A stretch of DNA of 48,617 nt from Thermodesulfobacteriota bacterium (GCA_040755455.1 JBFMAY010000013.1:39594-88210); one strand, 5' to 3'. Counted from the stretch's first letter, positions 1 through 10,500 are shown. A program made the numbers and translations. The notes: generated by a model not told the origin, from the sequence alone.

Positions 1-484
1 GGACGGAATTCCGGATCGGCTTCGGGACGGCTCCTGCCTGGATTACAGCACGGATGTCAGCGGCGTATTTACTCTGGCCGGCGATGAACTGCGCGATGGA
101 ACAGGGGACGGAATTCCGGATCGGTTGAGAGACGGCTCCTGTCTGGATTACAGCACGGATGTCAGCGGCGTATTTACTCTGGCCGGCGATGAACTGCGCG
201 ACGGAACAGGGGACGGAATTCCGGATCGGCTTCGGGACGGCTCCTGCCTGGATTACAGCACGGATGTCAGCGGCGTATTTACTCTGGCCGGCGATGAACT
301 GCGCGACGGAACAGGGGACGGAATTCCGGATCGGCTTCGGGACGGCTCCTGCCTGGATTACAGCACGGATGTCAGCGGCGTATTTACTCTGGCCGGCGAT
401 GAACTGCGCGATGGAACAGGGGACGGAATTCCGGATCGGTTGCGGGACGGCTCCTGTCTGGATTACAGCACGGATGTCAGCGGC
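1..484. repeat. 105-bp tandem repeat, about 4.6 copies visible (unit starts 1, 106, 211, 316, 421); probably continues past the left edge
   Basis: GGACGGAATTCCGGATCGG recurs every 105 nt; copies are near-identical, and the last diverges after about 484. Confidence 0.97.
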
Positions 485-565
485 AATTTTATTCTTGCTG
501 ATGACCGGGACCGGGATATGGATAAAGACAAAGATAAATTGCAGGACTGCAAATTCATCAGCTGA
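2..565 (+). CDS. 5'-truncated repeat protein made of 35-aa units (LDYSTDVSGVFTLA-GDELRDGTGDGIPDRLRDGSC) with an Asp/Lys/Arg-rich C-terminal variant unit
   Basis: Frame is open from the window edge to TGA at 563-565. Differences between full copies (CTT CGG / TTG AGA / TTG CGG; TGC/TGT; GAT/GAC) are all synonymous in this frame. Confidence 0.85.
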   Translation, partial: DGIPDRLRDGSCLDYSTDVSGVFTLAGDELRDGTGDGIPDRLRDGSCLDYSTDVSGVFTLAGDELRDGTGDGIPDRLRDGSCLDYSTDVSGVFTLAGDELRDGTGDGIPDRLRDGSCLDYSTDVSGVFTLAGDELRDGTGDGIPDRLRDGSCLDYSTDVSGNFILADDRDRDMDKDKDKLQDCKFIS

Positions 566-736
566 GAGGATTCATTGCCTTCTCCTTGGTTATCGGGGTC
601 CTGATTGAACAGAGCGAATAGGATTAGGATTTTTTCCTGGTAAATAGCGCGCCCGGCAGTGTTGCAGAAACCGAACGCGCAACAACCGGGCCGCTATTCC
701 GCAACGTTCATTCAGGGTGCCGTGGTGGCTGCTCGC

Positions 737-776
737 AACAGGTCGCCCGGATTTACCGGGGGACCTGTTTTTTTTT
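737..776 (+). terminator. Rho-independent terminator
   Basis: Stem CAGGTC-G-CCCGG / CCGGG-G-GACCTG with ATTTA loop, followed by T9 (768-776). Confidence 0.75.
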
Positions 777-827
777 GACCGGGAGCAGGCACGGCAATGA
801 GAGGGATGTGAACAAAGGAAACGGATA

Positions 828-1253
828 GTGGGCGCGTATCGTATTGTATTGGCTGATGATCATGCCATGTTTCGCCAGTGCGTGAAGAATCTTCTCGAAG
901 GGGCACGGGAACTGAAGGTGATCGGGGAGGCCGGGGACGACCTCAAACTCCTTGATTTCTTCAAAAAGGAGACCCCTGATATGGTGATCTGGGGTATCTC
1001 AATGCCGAATCATCATGGGCTGGCCGCCACCCGGGAGATAAAAATGGTTTATCCGGAGGTAAAAATTCTGATCCTGACCATGCACCGGGAAAAGGAATAC
1101 GTGGATTATGCCCTGGCCGCCGGGGCTGCAGGATATCTGCTCAAGGAAAATGCCGATACGGAGCTCTTTATTGCGGTGGAAAAGATACGCCAGGGAGAGT
1201 GTTACGTCTCTCCCTTGGTCGCCGGGGGTGGCACGTACCCCGTTTTCCGGTGA
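828..1253 (+). CDS. NarL/FixJ-type receiver domain, degenerate: no output HTH, phosphoacceptor Asp missing; possible pseudogene
   Basis: IVLADDH, ILILTMH and GAAGYLLKE motifs; MVIWGISMP where (L/I)DISMP is expected; ends at 141 aa before a LuxR HTH. Confidence 0.7.
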   Translation: MGAYRIVLADDHAMFRQCVKNLLEGARELKVIGEAGDDLKLLDFFKKETPDMVIWGISMPNHHGLAATREIKMVYPEVKILILTMHREKEYVDYALAAGAAGYLLKENADTELFIAVEKIRQGECYVSPLVAGGGTYPVFR

Positions 1254-1273
1254 GTCGACCGCGGAACCTTCCC

Positions 1274-1987
1274 TCAACCGCAGCGGGCGAGCATCTCCCG
1301 CACCGCCTGGTCCAGCCCCACGTAGATAGCCCTGGCCATCACCGCATGGCCGATACTGAGTTCTTCAATCCGGTCAAGCGCGGCTATCCTGGCCGTATTG
1401 AGGTAATTTAAGCCGTGTCCGGCATTGATCCGCAGTCCCGCTTCATGGGCGGCATTCACGGCCGCCACAATCATGGCAAATTCCCGGTCTTCTTCCGCAT
1501 CACTTGCCGCATCGCTGTAACGGCCGGTGTGTATTTCAACAAATGTCGCCCCGACCTTGCTTGCTGCCTTGATCTGCCCGGCATCAGGATTGATAAACAG
1601 ACTGACCGGAATGCCGGCATCCTTCATGCGGGCGATGACGCCGGTCAAATGCCGCTCCTGGCCGATCACGTCAAGACCGCCTTCCGTGGTCAGCTCCGCT
1701 CTTTTTTCCGGGACCAGGGTCACCATGTCCGGTTTAAGATGCAGGGCGATATTGATGATTTCCTCGGCTGCCCCCATTTCCAGATTGAGCTTGGTCTTGA
1801 CCGTCTGGCGCAGGAGGATCACATCCCGGTCCTGGATATGTCGGCGGTCTTCCCGGAGATGAACGACAATACCCGCGGCCCCTGCCAGTTCGCAAATGCC
1901 GGCGGCCAGCACCGGGTCAGGTTCGTCAATGCCCCTGGCCTGGCGCAGGGTGGCAACGTGATCGACGTTTATGGCAAGCTTGACCAT
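1274..1987 (-). CDS. pdxJ: pyridoxine 5'-phosphate synthase
   Basis: [38 protein letters not shown] and AGHGLNY motifs; likely ATG at 1987. Confidence 0.97.
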   Translation of the reverse strand: MVKLAINVDHVATLRQARGIDEPDPVLAAGICELAGAAGIVVHLREDRRHIQDRDVILLRQTVKTKLNLEMGAAEEIINIALHLKPDMVTLVPEKRAELTTEGGLDVIGQERHLTGVIARMKDAGIPVSLFINPDAGQIKAASKVGATFVEIHTGRYSDAASDAEEDREFAMIVAAVNAAHEAGLRINAGHGLNYLNTARIAALDRIEELSIGHAVMARAIYVGLDQAVREMLARCG

Positions 1988-2078
1988 TTTTCCCCTCAAA
2001 ATAATCGTATATGGCATTAAAAAAGTTTGATCCGCAACAGCTGGAAAGAAATGAAATTTTACTGCGGAGAAAATACCC

Positions 2079-2543
2079 TTATCCGGACAAAGGGGCAAGC
2101 CCCTTTGTTGCGTTTAGTTGCAGCAGCAGTTCTTTTTCCATTGCCGTCATGATGGCGGCATCGTCCTCTCCACGCTCGTGGTCATAGCCGAGCAGGTGCA
2201 CAAGGCCGTGGACCAGCAGCACGCAGAGGTGCTCCTCCAGGGTTTGGCCCGCCTCTTCCGCCTCGCGGGCCGCGGTTTCGGTGGAAATGACGATATCGCC
2301 CAGCAGCTGCGGCCCGGCTGAGGTGGGGAGGTCAGCCATGGGAAAGGACAGCACATTGGTGGCTTTGCCGATGCCTCGGTAGGTGGTATTGAGCTCGGTC
2401 ATGCGGCTGTCATCAACCAGCAGGATGCTTAATTCGCAATGCTTCCTGCCCGCATGGCGCAGCAGTGCGGTGGCTGTTTTCTTCAACCTGGCAGGGGGGA
2501 CGGGCAGGGGCTTGACTTCACTTCTTAGCAGGACGGGCATCAC
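2079..2543 (-). CDS. ybeY: rRNA maturation endoribonuclease YbeY
   Basis: TNVLSFP, LGDIVIS and [11 protein letters not shown] metal-binding motif. Confidence 0.95.
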   Translation of the reverse strand: MMPVLLRSEVKPLPVPPARLKKTATALLRHAGRKHCELSILLVDDSRMTELNTTYRGIGKATNVLSFPMADLPTSAGPQLLGDIVISTETAAREAEEAGQTLEEHLCVLLVHGLVHLLGYDHERGEDDAAIMTAMEKELLLQLNATKGLAPLSG

Positions 2544-3525
2544 CTTTCTCCTTTTTCAGGTGACTTTTTTCTTTTTTTTCATAGGCCCGTATGATCTGCT
2601 GCACCAGGGGATGGCGCACCACGTCAACATCCGTGAAATAGCTGAAGGAGATCCCTTTTATTTTTTTCAGGATGTGCGCGGCGTGGATAAGTCCTGACCC
2701 CCGGTCATGGGGGAGGTCTATCTGGGTGATGTCACCGGTTATGACTGCTTTGGAACTGAAGCCCAGGCGGGTAAGAAACATTTTCATCTGGGCCGGGGTG
2801 GTGTTCTGGGCCTCATCGAGAATGACAAAGGCATTGTTCAAGGTACGGCCCCGCATGAAGGCCAGGGGGGCGATCTCGATGATCTCCCGTTCCACCAGTT
2901 CCTTGGCCCGTTCCCGGCCGAGCATGTCATTGAGGGCGTCATGCAGCGGCCGCAGGTAGGGATTGATTTTTTCCACCATGTCGCCGGGCAGAAACCCCAG
3001 GTTTTCCCCGGCCTCCACCGCCGGCCGGGTGAGGATGATGGATTTGACCTGGTTGGCGCTGTAGGCGGCGATGGCCATGGCCACGGCCAGATATGTTTTA
3101 CCGGTGCCGGCCGGCCCGATGCCGAAGGCGATGTCGTTGGTGCGGATGGCGTCGATATAGAGTTTCTGGTTGATGCTCTTGGGCGAGACAATCCTGTGTT
3201 TTGCCGTGATATAGACCTGATCGAGAAAGATTTCCTTCAGGTTGGTCCGGGGCGCACGCTCCATGATTCGCAGGGCGTACGCCACATCCGCCGCATAGAC
3301 CGGGTAGCCGGTGATGATGAGATCGTAAAGCTGATTGAGGGTGGCGGCGGTGGTTGCCACCTCGTGATCAGGGCCGGAGATGGTCAGGGTCGTTCCCCTG
3401 GCCTTGACCGTAACCCCCACCGCCTTTTCAATGGCCAGCAGATTACGGTTCAAATCGCCATAGAGCAGGCGGGCCGCTTCATTGTCGGTAAAAGAAAGTT
3501 GTTTCTGGGTCGCGGTGTTCAGCAT
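2518..3525 (-). CDS. phoH: PhoH-family ATPase (YbeZ-like)
   Basis: GPAGTGKT Walker A, RPAVEAGE, GFLPGD, AFMRGRT, DEAQN, GDITQIDL, VVRHPLV. Confidence 0.95.
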   Translation of the reverse strand: MLNTATQKQLSFTDNEAARLLYGDLNRNLLAIEKAVGVTVKARGTTLTISGPDHEVATTAATLNQLYDLIITGYPVYAADVAYALRIMERAPRTNLKEIFLDQVYITAKHRIVSPKSINQKLYIDAIRTNDIAFGIGPAGTGKTYLAVAMAIAAYSANQVKSIILTRPAVEAGENLGFLPGDMVEKINPYLRPLHDALNDMLGRERAKELVEREIIEIAPLAFMRGRTLNNAFVILDEAQNTTPAQMKMFLTRLGFSSKAVITGDITQIDLPHDRGSGLIHAAHILKKIKGISFSYFTDVDVVRHPLVQQIIRAYEKKEKSHLKKEKGDARPAKK

Positions 3526-3532
3526 GGGGAAA

Positions 3533-4396
3533 TTATTTACGGCTCCTGGTTTTCGCCAGTTCCTCGTCAATGAGTTTCTGCATGCCCTGGGCGGTTCTGT
3601 CTTTCACCTTCCTGCCGTTGACAAAAAGGGACGGCGTACCCTTGACCCCGGCCGTGGCTCCGTCCTGCTGGTCCTTGCTGATTTGGCCCATGTTCTGCGG
3701 ATTGGCCATTTCCTTGTTGAACTGATCCATGTTCAGGCCGAGAGAGGTGGCGATTTCCTGGAGTTTCTCCTGTTTGAGGTCTCTCATGTTCTGAAAGAGA
3801 AGATCATGATACTCCCAGAATTTCCCCTGTTTCTGGGCGGCAATGGCGGCAACGGCCGCAGGAACGGCCTGCTCGTGGCCACGGATGGGAAAGTGTTTGA
3901 AGGAGATTTTGACCGTTTCCGGGTTTTTTTTCAGGACTTCTTCGAAAACTGGTCCGAGTTTGGAGCAGTAAGGGCATTGGAAGTCGCTGAAGACAACAAT
4001 TGATACCGGGGCATTGGGCAGGCCGAGGAAGGGAGAATTCGCCGTATCAATGGAGGCAATAAAGGAGTAGCTGATTTCCTGTATATTACCCGTGGATTCA
4101 CTGCTCAGGAAAATTTTGTCTTCGAGATTTGCCAGATCAAGTCCGGCAGCGGAGATCCGGTTGAAGGAGGGATCGACAACGATGGAATCCTCCAGCTTGC
4201 CGTCATTGGTGTATATAGCCACGCTGCCTTTGCTTAAAACATAGACATACTTGCCGTTGACTGAACTGGCCATATCAAGCGGGGCGCCGGCTGCTTTGAA
4301 GGTGTTGCTTATTTCCGAGTCAATCTCGGCATGGGCGGGCAGGGCCAAGCCCATGGCGCCGATAATGGTCAGCAGGAAAAAAGTTGTTATTTTCAT
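3533..4396 (-). CDS. exported DsbA-family/thioredoxin-fold protein with an N-terminal beta-rich domain
   Basis: Signal peptide ending AHA; FSDFQCPYC active site; GTP cis-Pro motif; GGAGG RBS before ATG 4396. Confidence 0.88.
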   Translation of the reverse strand: MKITTFFLLTIIGAMGLALPAHAEIDSEISNTFKAAGAPLDMASSVNGKYVYVLSKGSVAIYTNDGKLEDSIVVDPSFNRISAAGLDLANLEDKIFLSSESTGNIQEISYSFIASIDTANSPFLGLPNAPVSIVVFSDFQCPYCSKLGPVFEEVLKKNPETVKISFKHFPIRGHEQAVPAAVAAIAAQKQGKFWEYHDLLFQNMRDLKQEKLQEIATSLGLNMDQFNKEMANPQNMGQISKDQQDGATAGVKGTPSLFVNGRKVKDRTAQGMQKLIDEELAKTRSRK

Positions 4397-4541
4397 AAAA
4401 CCTCCAGTTAATGATAAGTGGGAGTTAAAACGGCAATACGTAGTTATGTTGCCGACAATTGTTCTTGATCCGCGCATTATTTTCAACTGTTATTTTGGCC
4501 TGAATTTGAAAAAGGAGCAGAAAGAGGATGAGCGGCCTGTT

Positions 4542-5786
4542 TTAACCGCCCTTCTGCCGGATGGCCCTGGCCAGCAGCACCGCCAAGTGACACGCCCGGC
4601 CGGGGAGCCCGGCCTGCCGCAATCCATGCTGCCATTGCAGCAGACAGCCGCTGCAGGTGGTGACAACATGGGAAGCGGATAGTTCCAGGAATTGCGTCAG
4701 GGCGCCGGCTAAAATATCTTGGGACAGCCGCGGATGGGCGATATGGAAGAGACCGCCCTGGCCGCAGCAGTGGGGCCCCTCGGCAAGCTCCACCGGCGGC
4801 GCGCCCATGATATTGTTGAGCAGACTGCGCGGCTGGGCCATGATTTTTTCCGGGCCGAAACGGAGATGGCAGGGATCGTGGTAGAAAACGCGGACAGTAT
4901 TCTCCTGCTCGGAGGCCGCGGGACCAGGGGGCGAAGCAAGTCCGGCCTCCAGGAAAAAGCGGGAAAATTCCCGCAGCCGGCCGGCAAAGTCCTCTGCCTC
5001 TCTGTGCCAGGTCTGGTCATCAGCCAGCAGGTCGGGGTAGGTACGCAGATGGCTGTAACAGGAGGCGCAGGAGGTGAGGATGGGCAGGGCATTGCCGGCA
5101 AAGGCGGCGATATTTTTTTTGGCAAGGTCCTGTGCCTCCTTTCGGCTGCCGCCGGCAAAAGAGGCCAGTCCGCAGCAGGTCTGTTCCTCCGGTACCCGCA
5201 GGGAGCCTCCGGTAACCTTTCTGGTCAGAAAAGCGGTGGCGGCGCTGATGTCGCGGCTCAGAAAACGGGCCAGACAGCCGCTGAAGTAGCTGACCGCTGG
5301 GGGGGCTTCGCTGTTTTTGTCAGCAGGCAAGGCGGGCGGGACATCCGCAGCGGAAAAATCTTCGGGCAGCAGCGCAAGCTTCAGCCATAGGCCGCTTGTC
5401 TTTGGCAGGTGCAGCAGCAGTTTCTGTCTGAGGACGGCAAGGCCGCCGAGCAGCCGTGGCGAGGCAAGGGTTTTTCTGGCGGCTAGCTTTTCCAGAAAGC
5501 AATGGCGGGCGGACAGCGGTAATTGTTCCCTGGCCCTGATCAGCGGGGAGAGGGTGTCGATTTTCCGGGGACAGACGTCCAGGCAGGCGCCGCACAGCAG
5601 GCAGGCGGAGACGATTTTGCCGTAGGCAGGGGATGCGGGGTTGGTCAGGCGGCTCAGCAGATGGAGCCGGCCGCGGGCGGTGAGAGATTCACGGCCGGTT
5701 ACCTGATAAACCGGGCAGACGGCGGTGCATGCTCCACATTTGGCGCATTGGTCTCCCGCCGGCTGCCGTTTATCCGTCCTGTTCAC
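4542..5786 (-). CDS. (Fe-S)-binding protein, GlcF/CCG-domain family
   Basis: Two CxxCxxCxxxCP ferredoxin motifs plus two CCG domains (TCCG...SCASC; HDPCHL...CCG...TCSGC). Confidence 0.88.
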   Translation of the reverse strand: MNRTDKRQPAGDQCAKCGACTAVCPVYQVTGRESLTARGRLHLLSRLTNPASPAYGKIVSACLLCGACLDVCPRKIDTLSPLIRAREQLPLSARHCFLEKLAARKTLASPRLLGGLAVLRQKLLLHLPKTSGLWLKLALLPEDFSAADVPPALPADKNSEAPPAVSYFSGCLARFLSRDISAATAFLTRKVTGGSLRVPEEQTCCGLASFAGGSRKEAQDLAKKNIAAFAGNALPILTSCASCYSHLRTYPDLLADDQTWHREAEDFAGRLREFSRFFLEAGLASPPGPAASEQENTVRVFYHDPCHLRFGPEKIMAQPRSLLNNIMGAPPVELAEGPHCCGQGGLFHIAHPRLSQDILAGALTQFLELSASHVVTTCSGCLLQWQHGLRQAGLPGRACHLAVLLARAIRQKGG

Positions 5787-6878
5787 TTCTGCCAGAGCAG
5801 ATAGGCCTTGATGAACGGGTCAAGAACGCCATCAAGGACGGCATCGACATTGCCGGTTTCATGACTGGTGCGGTGATCCTTTATCAGCTGGTATGGCTGC
5901 ATGACATAGGACCTGATCTGGCTGCCCCAGGCTATTTCCTTTTTTTCGCCTCCAAGTTCGGCGCGCTGCTCCAGCTGCAACAGCCTTTCCCGCTCATACA
6001 GCCGGGATTTGAGCATCTTCATGGCCGTGTCCTTGTTGCGGTGCTGGGAGCGCTCATTCTGGCACTGGACAACCGTGTTGGTCGGCAGATGGGTGATGCG
6101 GATGGCGGAGCTGGTCTTGTTGACATGCTGGCCGCCGGCGCCGCTGGCCCGGTACGTGTCAATGCGCAGGTCCTTTTCATTAATCTCAACCGCGATGGTG
6201 TCATCAAGCTCCGGGAAGATAAAGACCGAGGCGAAAGATGTGTGGCGCCTGCCCCCGGCATCAAAGGGGGAAATGCGCACCAGGCGGTGAATGCCCATTT
6301 CCGAGCGGAGATAGCCGTAGGCATGGCGTCCCTTAACCATGAGGGTGGTGCTTTTCACGCCGGCCTCATCGCCGGGCTGCAGATCAAGGATGTCGACCCC
6401 AAAGCCTTTATCCTCCGCCCAGCGCATATACATGCGCATCAGGATGCTGACCCAGTCCTGCGCTTCGGTGCCGCCCGCGCCGGCATGGATGGTGAGCATG
6501 GCATTGTTGGCGTCATGCTCGCCGGAAAACATGCATTCCAGTTCAAAGGCGGCAATTTTCCCCTCAAGAACTTTGAGGGTTTGTCTTGCCTCCTGCTCGG
6601 TTTCCGCGTCCTGTTCGCTGATGGCAAGTTCCAGCAACACCTCGGCGTCTTCCATCACGCGGTGCAGGGATTCATAGCCCTCGATCGGCTCCTGCAGCCG
6701 GCTGATCTCCTGCTGCACCTTCCTGGCTGTTTCAGCATCGTTCCAGAAGGCGGGATGGGTGGTTTTCTGTTCAAGCTCCCGCAGTTTTTCCGTCTTGTCG
6801 GCTAATTCAAAGATGCTCCTTCAAGGCCGTCAGCCTTAGTTGGATTTCCTGGAGTTTCTGTTTCAGTTCTGCGGACAT
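5783..6878 (-). CDS. prfB: peptide chain release factor 2 with programmed +1 frameshift
   Basis: ATG 6878 gives a 23-codon first frame MSAELKQK...KEHL, then CTT TGA (6812-6807). The +1 frame continues ELADKTEKL... into SPF and GGQHVN motifs. Confidence 0.97.
6806..6821 (-). promoter_or_regulatory. RF2 autoregulatory frameshift cassette
   Basis: AAGGAG-CAT-CTT-TGA-A on the minus strand: internal SD, 3-nt spacer, slippery CTT-T and UGA. Confidence 0.93.
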
Positions 6879-7088
6879 GGTATTTTTCTACAAGTAAGGG
6901 TGAAGAGTGATTCAAATCCTGTTAAGAAATCGAGTATAATACTAGAAAGAAAAAAATGCGCCAACAAAATCCGACGAAAATAAAATCTGCCGGGCAAATT
7001 CTTTGCAAATGGAATACTCTGCCCATCATCGAGCCATCGGAACGACAAGTGGATGGCATTAAATTCACCGGTTAAGGAGGAAGGCCGT

Positions 7089-7397
7089 ATGAAAAAGATA
7101 TTGATTATAACGAGTTTTGCCGTGTTCCTGCTTGCGGCCTGTGTCGTGGTGCCAAGGCACGGAGTTGTTGCCCCCTATCTGCCGCCCGTCGTGGTGCTGG
7201 ATGTGGAACCATACTATTATTACGAGGGTTTTCACTATCATTATGACCGGGACAGATGGTACTACTCGCAGTCCAGGAGTGGGCCCTGGTACGACCTGCC
7301 CAGAGACCACTACCCCCAGGAACTCAGATTCAAAGGAAAGGGCAAGCGGCATGGTCACGATGACCGGTACTACGATGACCGGCGCCACGATGACTGA
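7089..7397 (+). CDS. small Tyr/His/Pro-rich putative lipoprotein
   Basis: AAGGAGG RBS; MKKILIITSFAVFLLAA-C lipobox; aromatic-rich mature part and His/Asp/Arg-rich tail. Confidence 0.75.
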   Translation: MKKILIITSFAVFLLAACVVVPRHGVVAPYLPPVVVLDVEPYYYYEGFHYHYDRDRWYYSQSRSGPWYDLPRDHYPQELRFKGKGKRHGHDDRYYDDRRHDD

Positions 7398-7561
7398 GAG
7401 CAAAAAAGTGATGACCGGCGAGCGGGCCTTTTGCCAAAGTCGTCAGCCCTGGGCAAACAGGGTCTCTCGCCGGCAGGCCTGCCGGTCCTCAACCCTCCTG
7501 TCCCTCTGTGCCCCGCATGAGGCCTGAGGCTGGCTACGCGGCAAAGCGGAGGATCTCCACC

Positions 7562-10500
7562 TCAACCCCTTTGGCGATCGCTTCCTCGGCATGGGTCATT
7601 CCCGCCGTTTTCCTGTTTGGCGCCAACCAGCTTCTCGATGGCAAGATAGAGTTCATCCAGCTTGATGGGCTTGGTGATATAATCGTCCATGCCGCTTTCC
7701 AGGCATTTGTTGCGGTAATCTTTCAAGGCATGGGACGTCAGGGCGATAATCGGGATATGGGTACCGGTTGTAAGTTCCCGGGCCCGTATCCTCCTTGTCG
7801 CCTCAAAACCGTCAATGGCGGGCATCTGCACATCCATGAGAATGATGTCGAATGTGCCGGCGATAAAGGCACTGACAGCCTCTTCGCCGTTGGCCACCGT
7901 GGTGACGATCATCCCTTTGCGTTCAAGGATCTCCTGGGCCATCATGCTGTTGATCGTTTCGTCTTCGGCCAGCAGCACCCGGACATCACGCAGGGCATTC
8001 TTGTTGTTGACAGGTGGGAGCGGGAGGCGGGCAGGTTGCTCGGCGGAGTCGTCATGGACAGAGCCGTTGCCGGACAGGGCAAAGCAGGCGGTGAACCAGA
8101 AGGTGGAGCCCTTACCCGGACTACTGGAAACCCCGATGCCTCCTCCCATGAGCGAGGCAAGTTCGGCTGAGATGGAAAGTCCGAGACCGGTCCCGCCGAA
8201 CCGGCGGATATGGGAGGGATCAACCTGGGAAAAGGCCTTGAAGATAAGCTTCTGATTTTCCGTGGAAATGCCGATACCAGTATCGATAACGCTGAACTTA
8301 AGCATGATTTTGCCGTCTTCAGTCACCTTTTCCCGGTTGACGTGAATGGTCACGGAACCTTCATTGGTGAATTTTATGCCGTTGTTCACCAGATTGATGA
8401 TGATCTGCACCAGCCGGTTCGGATCACCGATCAGCATGCCGGGGACCGTGGAGCTGATCGTGCGCTGCAGAACAAGATTTTTCTCCTGGGCCTTTAGGCT
8501 GAGGACCTGCAGCACGTTGTCAAGGGTTTCGTGCAGGTTGAAAGGGATGGCGATGAGCTCAAGTTTGCCGGCCTCGATTTTAGAAAAATCCAGGATATCG
8601 GAGATAACCGACAGCAGCCGGTCGGACGATGTTTTCACCGCAGTGAGATACCTTTTCTGGGTCGGGTCAACCTCAGAGGTGAGCAGCAGGTCAGTCAGGC
8701 CCATGATGGCGTTTAAAGGGGTACGGATTTCATGGGACATGTTGGCCAGAAACAGGCTTTTGGCCCGATCGGACTCTTCCGCCTTGTGGCGGGCGATGCC
8801 GGTCTGTCTGATGGATTCCTGGATGACGTCGGACATGTTGTTGAGAGCCCGGGCCAGCTGGCCCATCTCATCACTGCTTCGGGTATCAAGGCGATGCTCG
8901 TAATTGCCGTCCTGGAATTTTTTGATGCCTCGGATCATGTCGGTTATTTTGCCGGTTAGGCTGGAGGCCATCCAGATGGCGATGAAGATGACGACAATGA
9001 TCATGAACATGGTGGAAAGAGACAGTTTTTTGGCAGTGGTCTCGAGGGCGTCGGCCATGAATTTCTGATTGGCGGCATTTTTTGTCAGCAGTTTTCCTTC
9101 AAAGTCCTTTTCAACGGCGGCGATCTGTGAGGCTGTCTGGGTTGCGGCATAGTGGAATTCATCCACATTGGCGCCGATGGTCACGTAGCCGAACCCCCTG
9201 GGGCTGTTTTTGTACATGCCGGTGTAATAGGGAATGGTGGCGGCCGTGGTAAGCTTCCACAGATTGCTCCAGAAGATGACAAAGGAGCCGGAGCCGCCGT
9301 GCTGCGTCAGGGTATGCCAGCCGCTGCACTGGGGGGCGAAGTTGAGAAAGCGGCCGTCAAGCCCCAGCATGCCTGCCTTGGTGAGGGGGGCGGCCGGTTT
9401 TTTTGCCAGGCGCTGTTCCAGGAAAACCGGCGCGGTTTTCTGGAACTCGCCGAAGCTGAGTCCGCTTTGCTGCCACATGTCGTAAATTTCGCTGGAGAGC
9501 CAGGGCACGGCTTCTTCGCCGGTGGCCGGGTCATAACCGACGATAAAGTAGTCCCGGGGATGGGAAATATTGCGTCCCAGGTTGTCCCACATGAAGGCGT
9601 AATTGCCGCTGCCGGCGTCGGAAATGGGCGAGTAGCGTTCTTCGGTGGGGACGATATGGTCGGTGAATTCCATGATATGGGTGTGATCAAGGGCCAGGGT
9701 GACATAACCGATGATCTGCCCATCTTTGGCCACCGGGGTGGCCCAGCGGATGATGCCCTGGAACCGTTTGCCCACCGGGTTTTCCTTGCCGGCGTATGCG
9801 GCTTTTTCCGGCTCAAAGGCAAGGCCCAGCTCCTCAGAACGTTTTTTGGTGTAGGGGCCGATAATGGGTGAGGGCAGGTAGGGGCCGATCACCTCGGAGA
9901 CATAGATTTCCCCTGGTTTGAGTTTTTTCAGCTCGGGGAAATAGGTTTCAGCCCTGCACCAGGTATTTTCGCGGCGGGAAACGTCCCCCAATGTCTGCGG
10001 GAGTAGATCCGTTGTCGATACCTTCACCTTTTCCCTGCCGGACGGATCGATGAAGGTCATTTCCAGGTAGAGGGGTTTGTCCACCTTTATGCCTTGTGCC
10101 TCAGGCGGGCGGTAGTGGAAATCTTTTTCATTATCCGGGTTCTGGGCGGAAACCGGAAGGAAATCGTTCTGTCCCTGGGGCGGCAGCCAGCTGGCGCCGT
10201 CGGGGCTGAGCTGCCAAGGGGCATGGTAGACCGCCGGATGTCGGCGCGGGGTAAGGAAATTGCTGTAGTTCTGCTGCGAGGGGGAAAGGCCTGCAGCCGT
10301 GAGGATGTCTTCATCCCGTTCATAGAGAAAAGCGGCCACGGCTTTGGCCGTATCAGTGGTCAGTCTCTCGATGCTTTCCCGGGATTTTACATCGAGGGCG
10401 ATAATGGAGTTTTCGGTGGCGAGGCCGCCGATCTGGCCGACGATTTCCCTGGTGTCTTTTGCCATCTGGGCCGACTGGCTGCTGATCGAGATGCCGAGGT

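Noticed and set aside
1..484. 105-bp repeats as a CRISPR array
   Set aside because: Units are contiguous with no unique spacers, variation is synonymous in one reading frame, and no cas genes are present.
159..608. Alternative-frame repeat ORF (MSAAYLLWPAMNC...)
   Set aside because: Copy differences are non-synonymous in this frame and copy 2 has an in-frame TGA at 126-128; it is a shadow of the real frame.
5729..6805. 358-aa plus-strand ORF and many similar long antisense ORFs (e.g. 2707-3573, 31912-32847, 40284-41354, 46364-47257)
   Set aside because: They lie opposite well-supported genes, as expected from GC-rich codon bias, and show no recognisable motifs.
6807..6809. In-frame TGA in prfB as a pseudogene lesion or selenocysteine codon
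   Set aside because: It is the known RF2 programmed frameshift site, with internal SD and CTT-T slip.
7470..7485. 16-bp palindrome CCGGCAGGCCTGCCGG
   Set aside because: GC-rich single copy between convergent genes, with no U-tract or other support.
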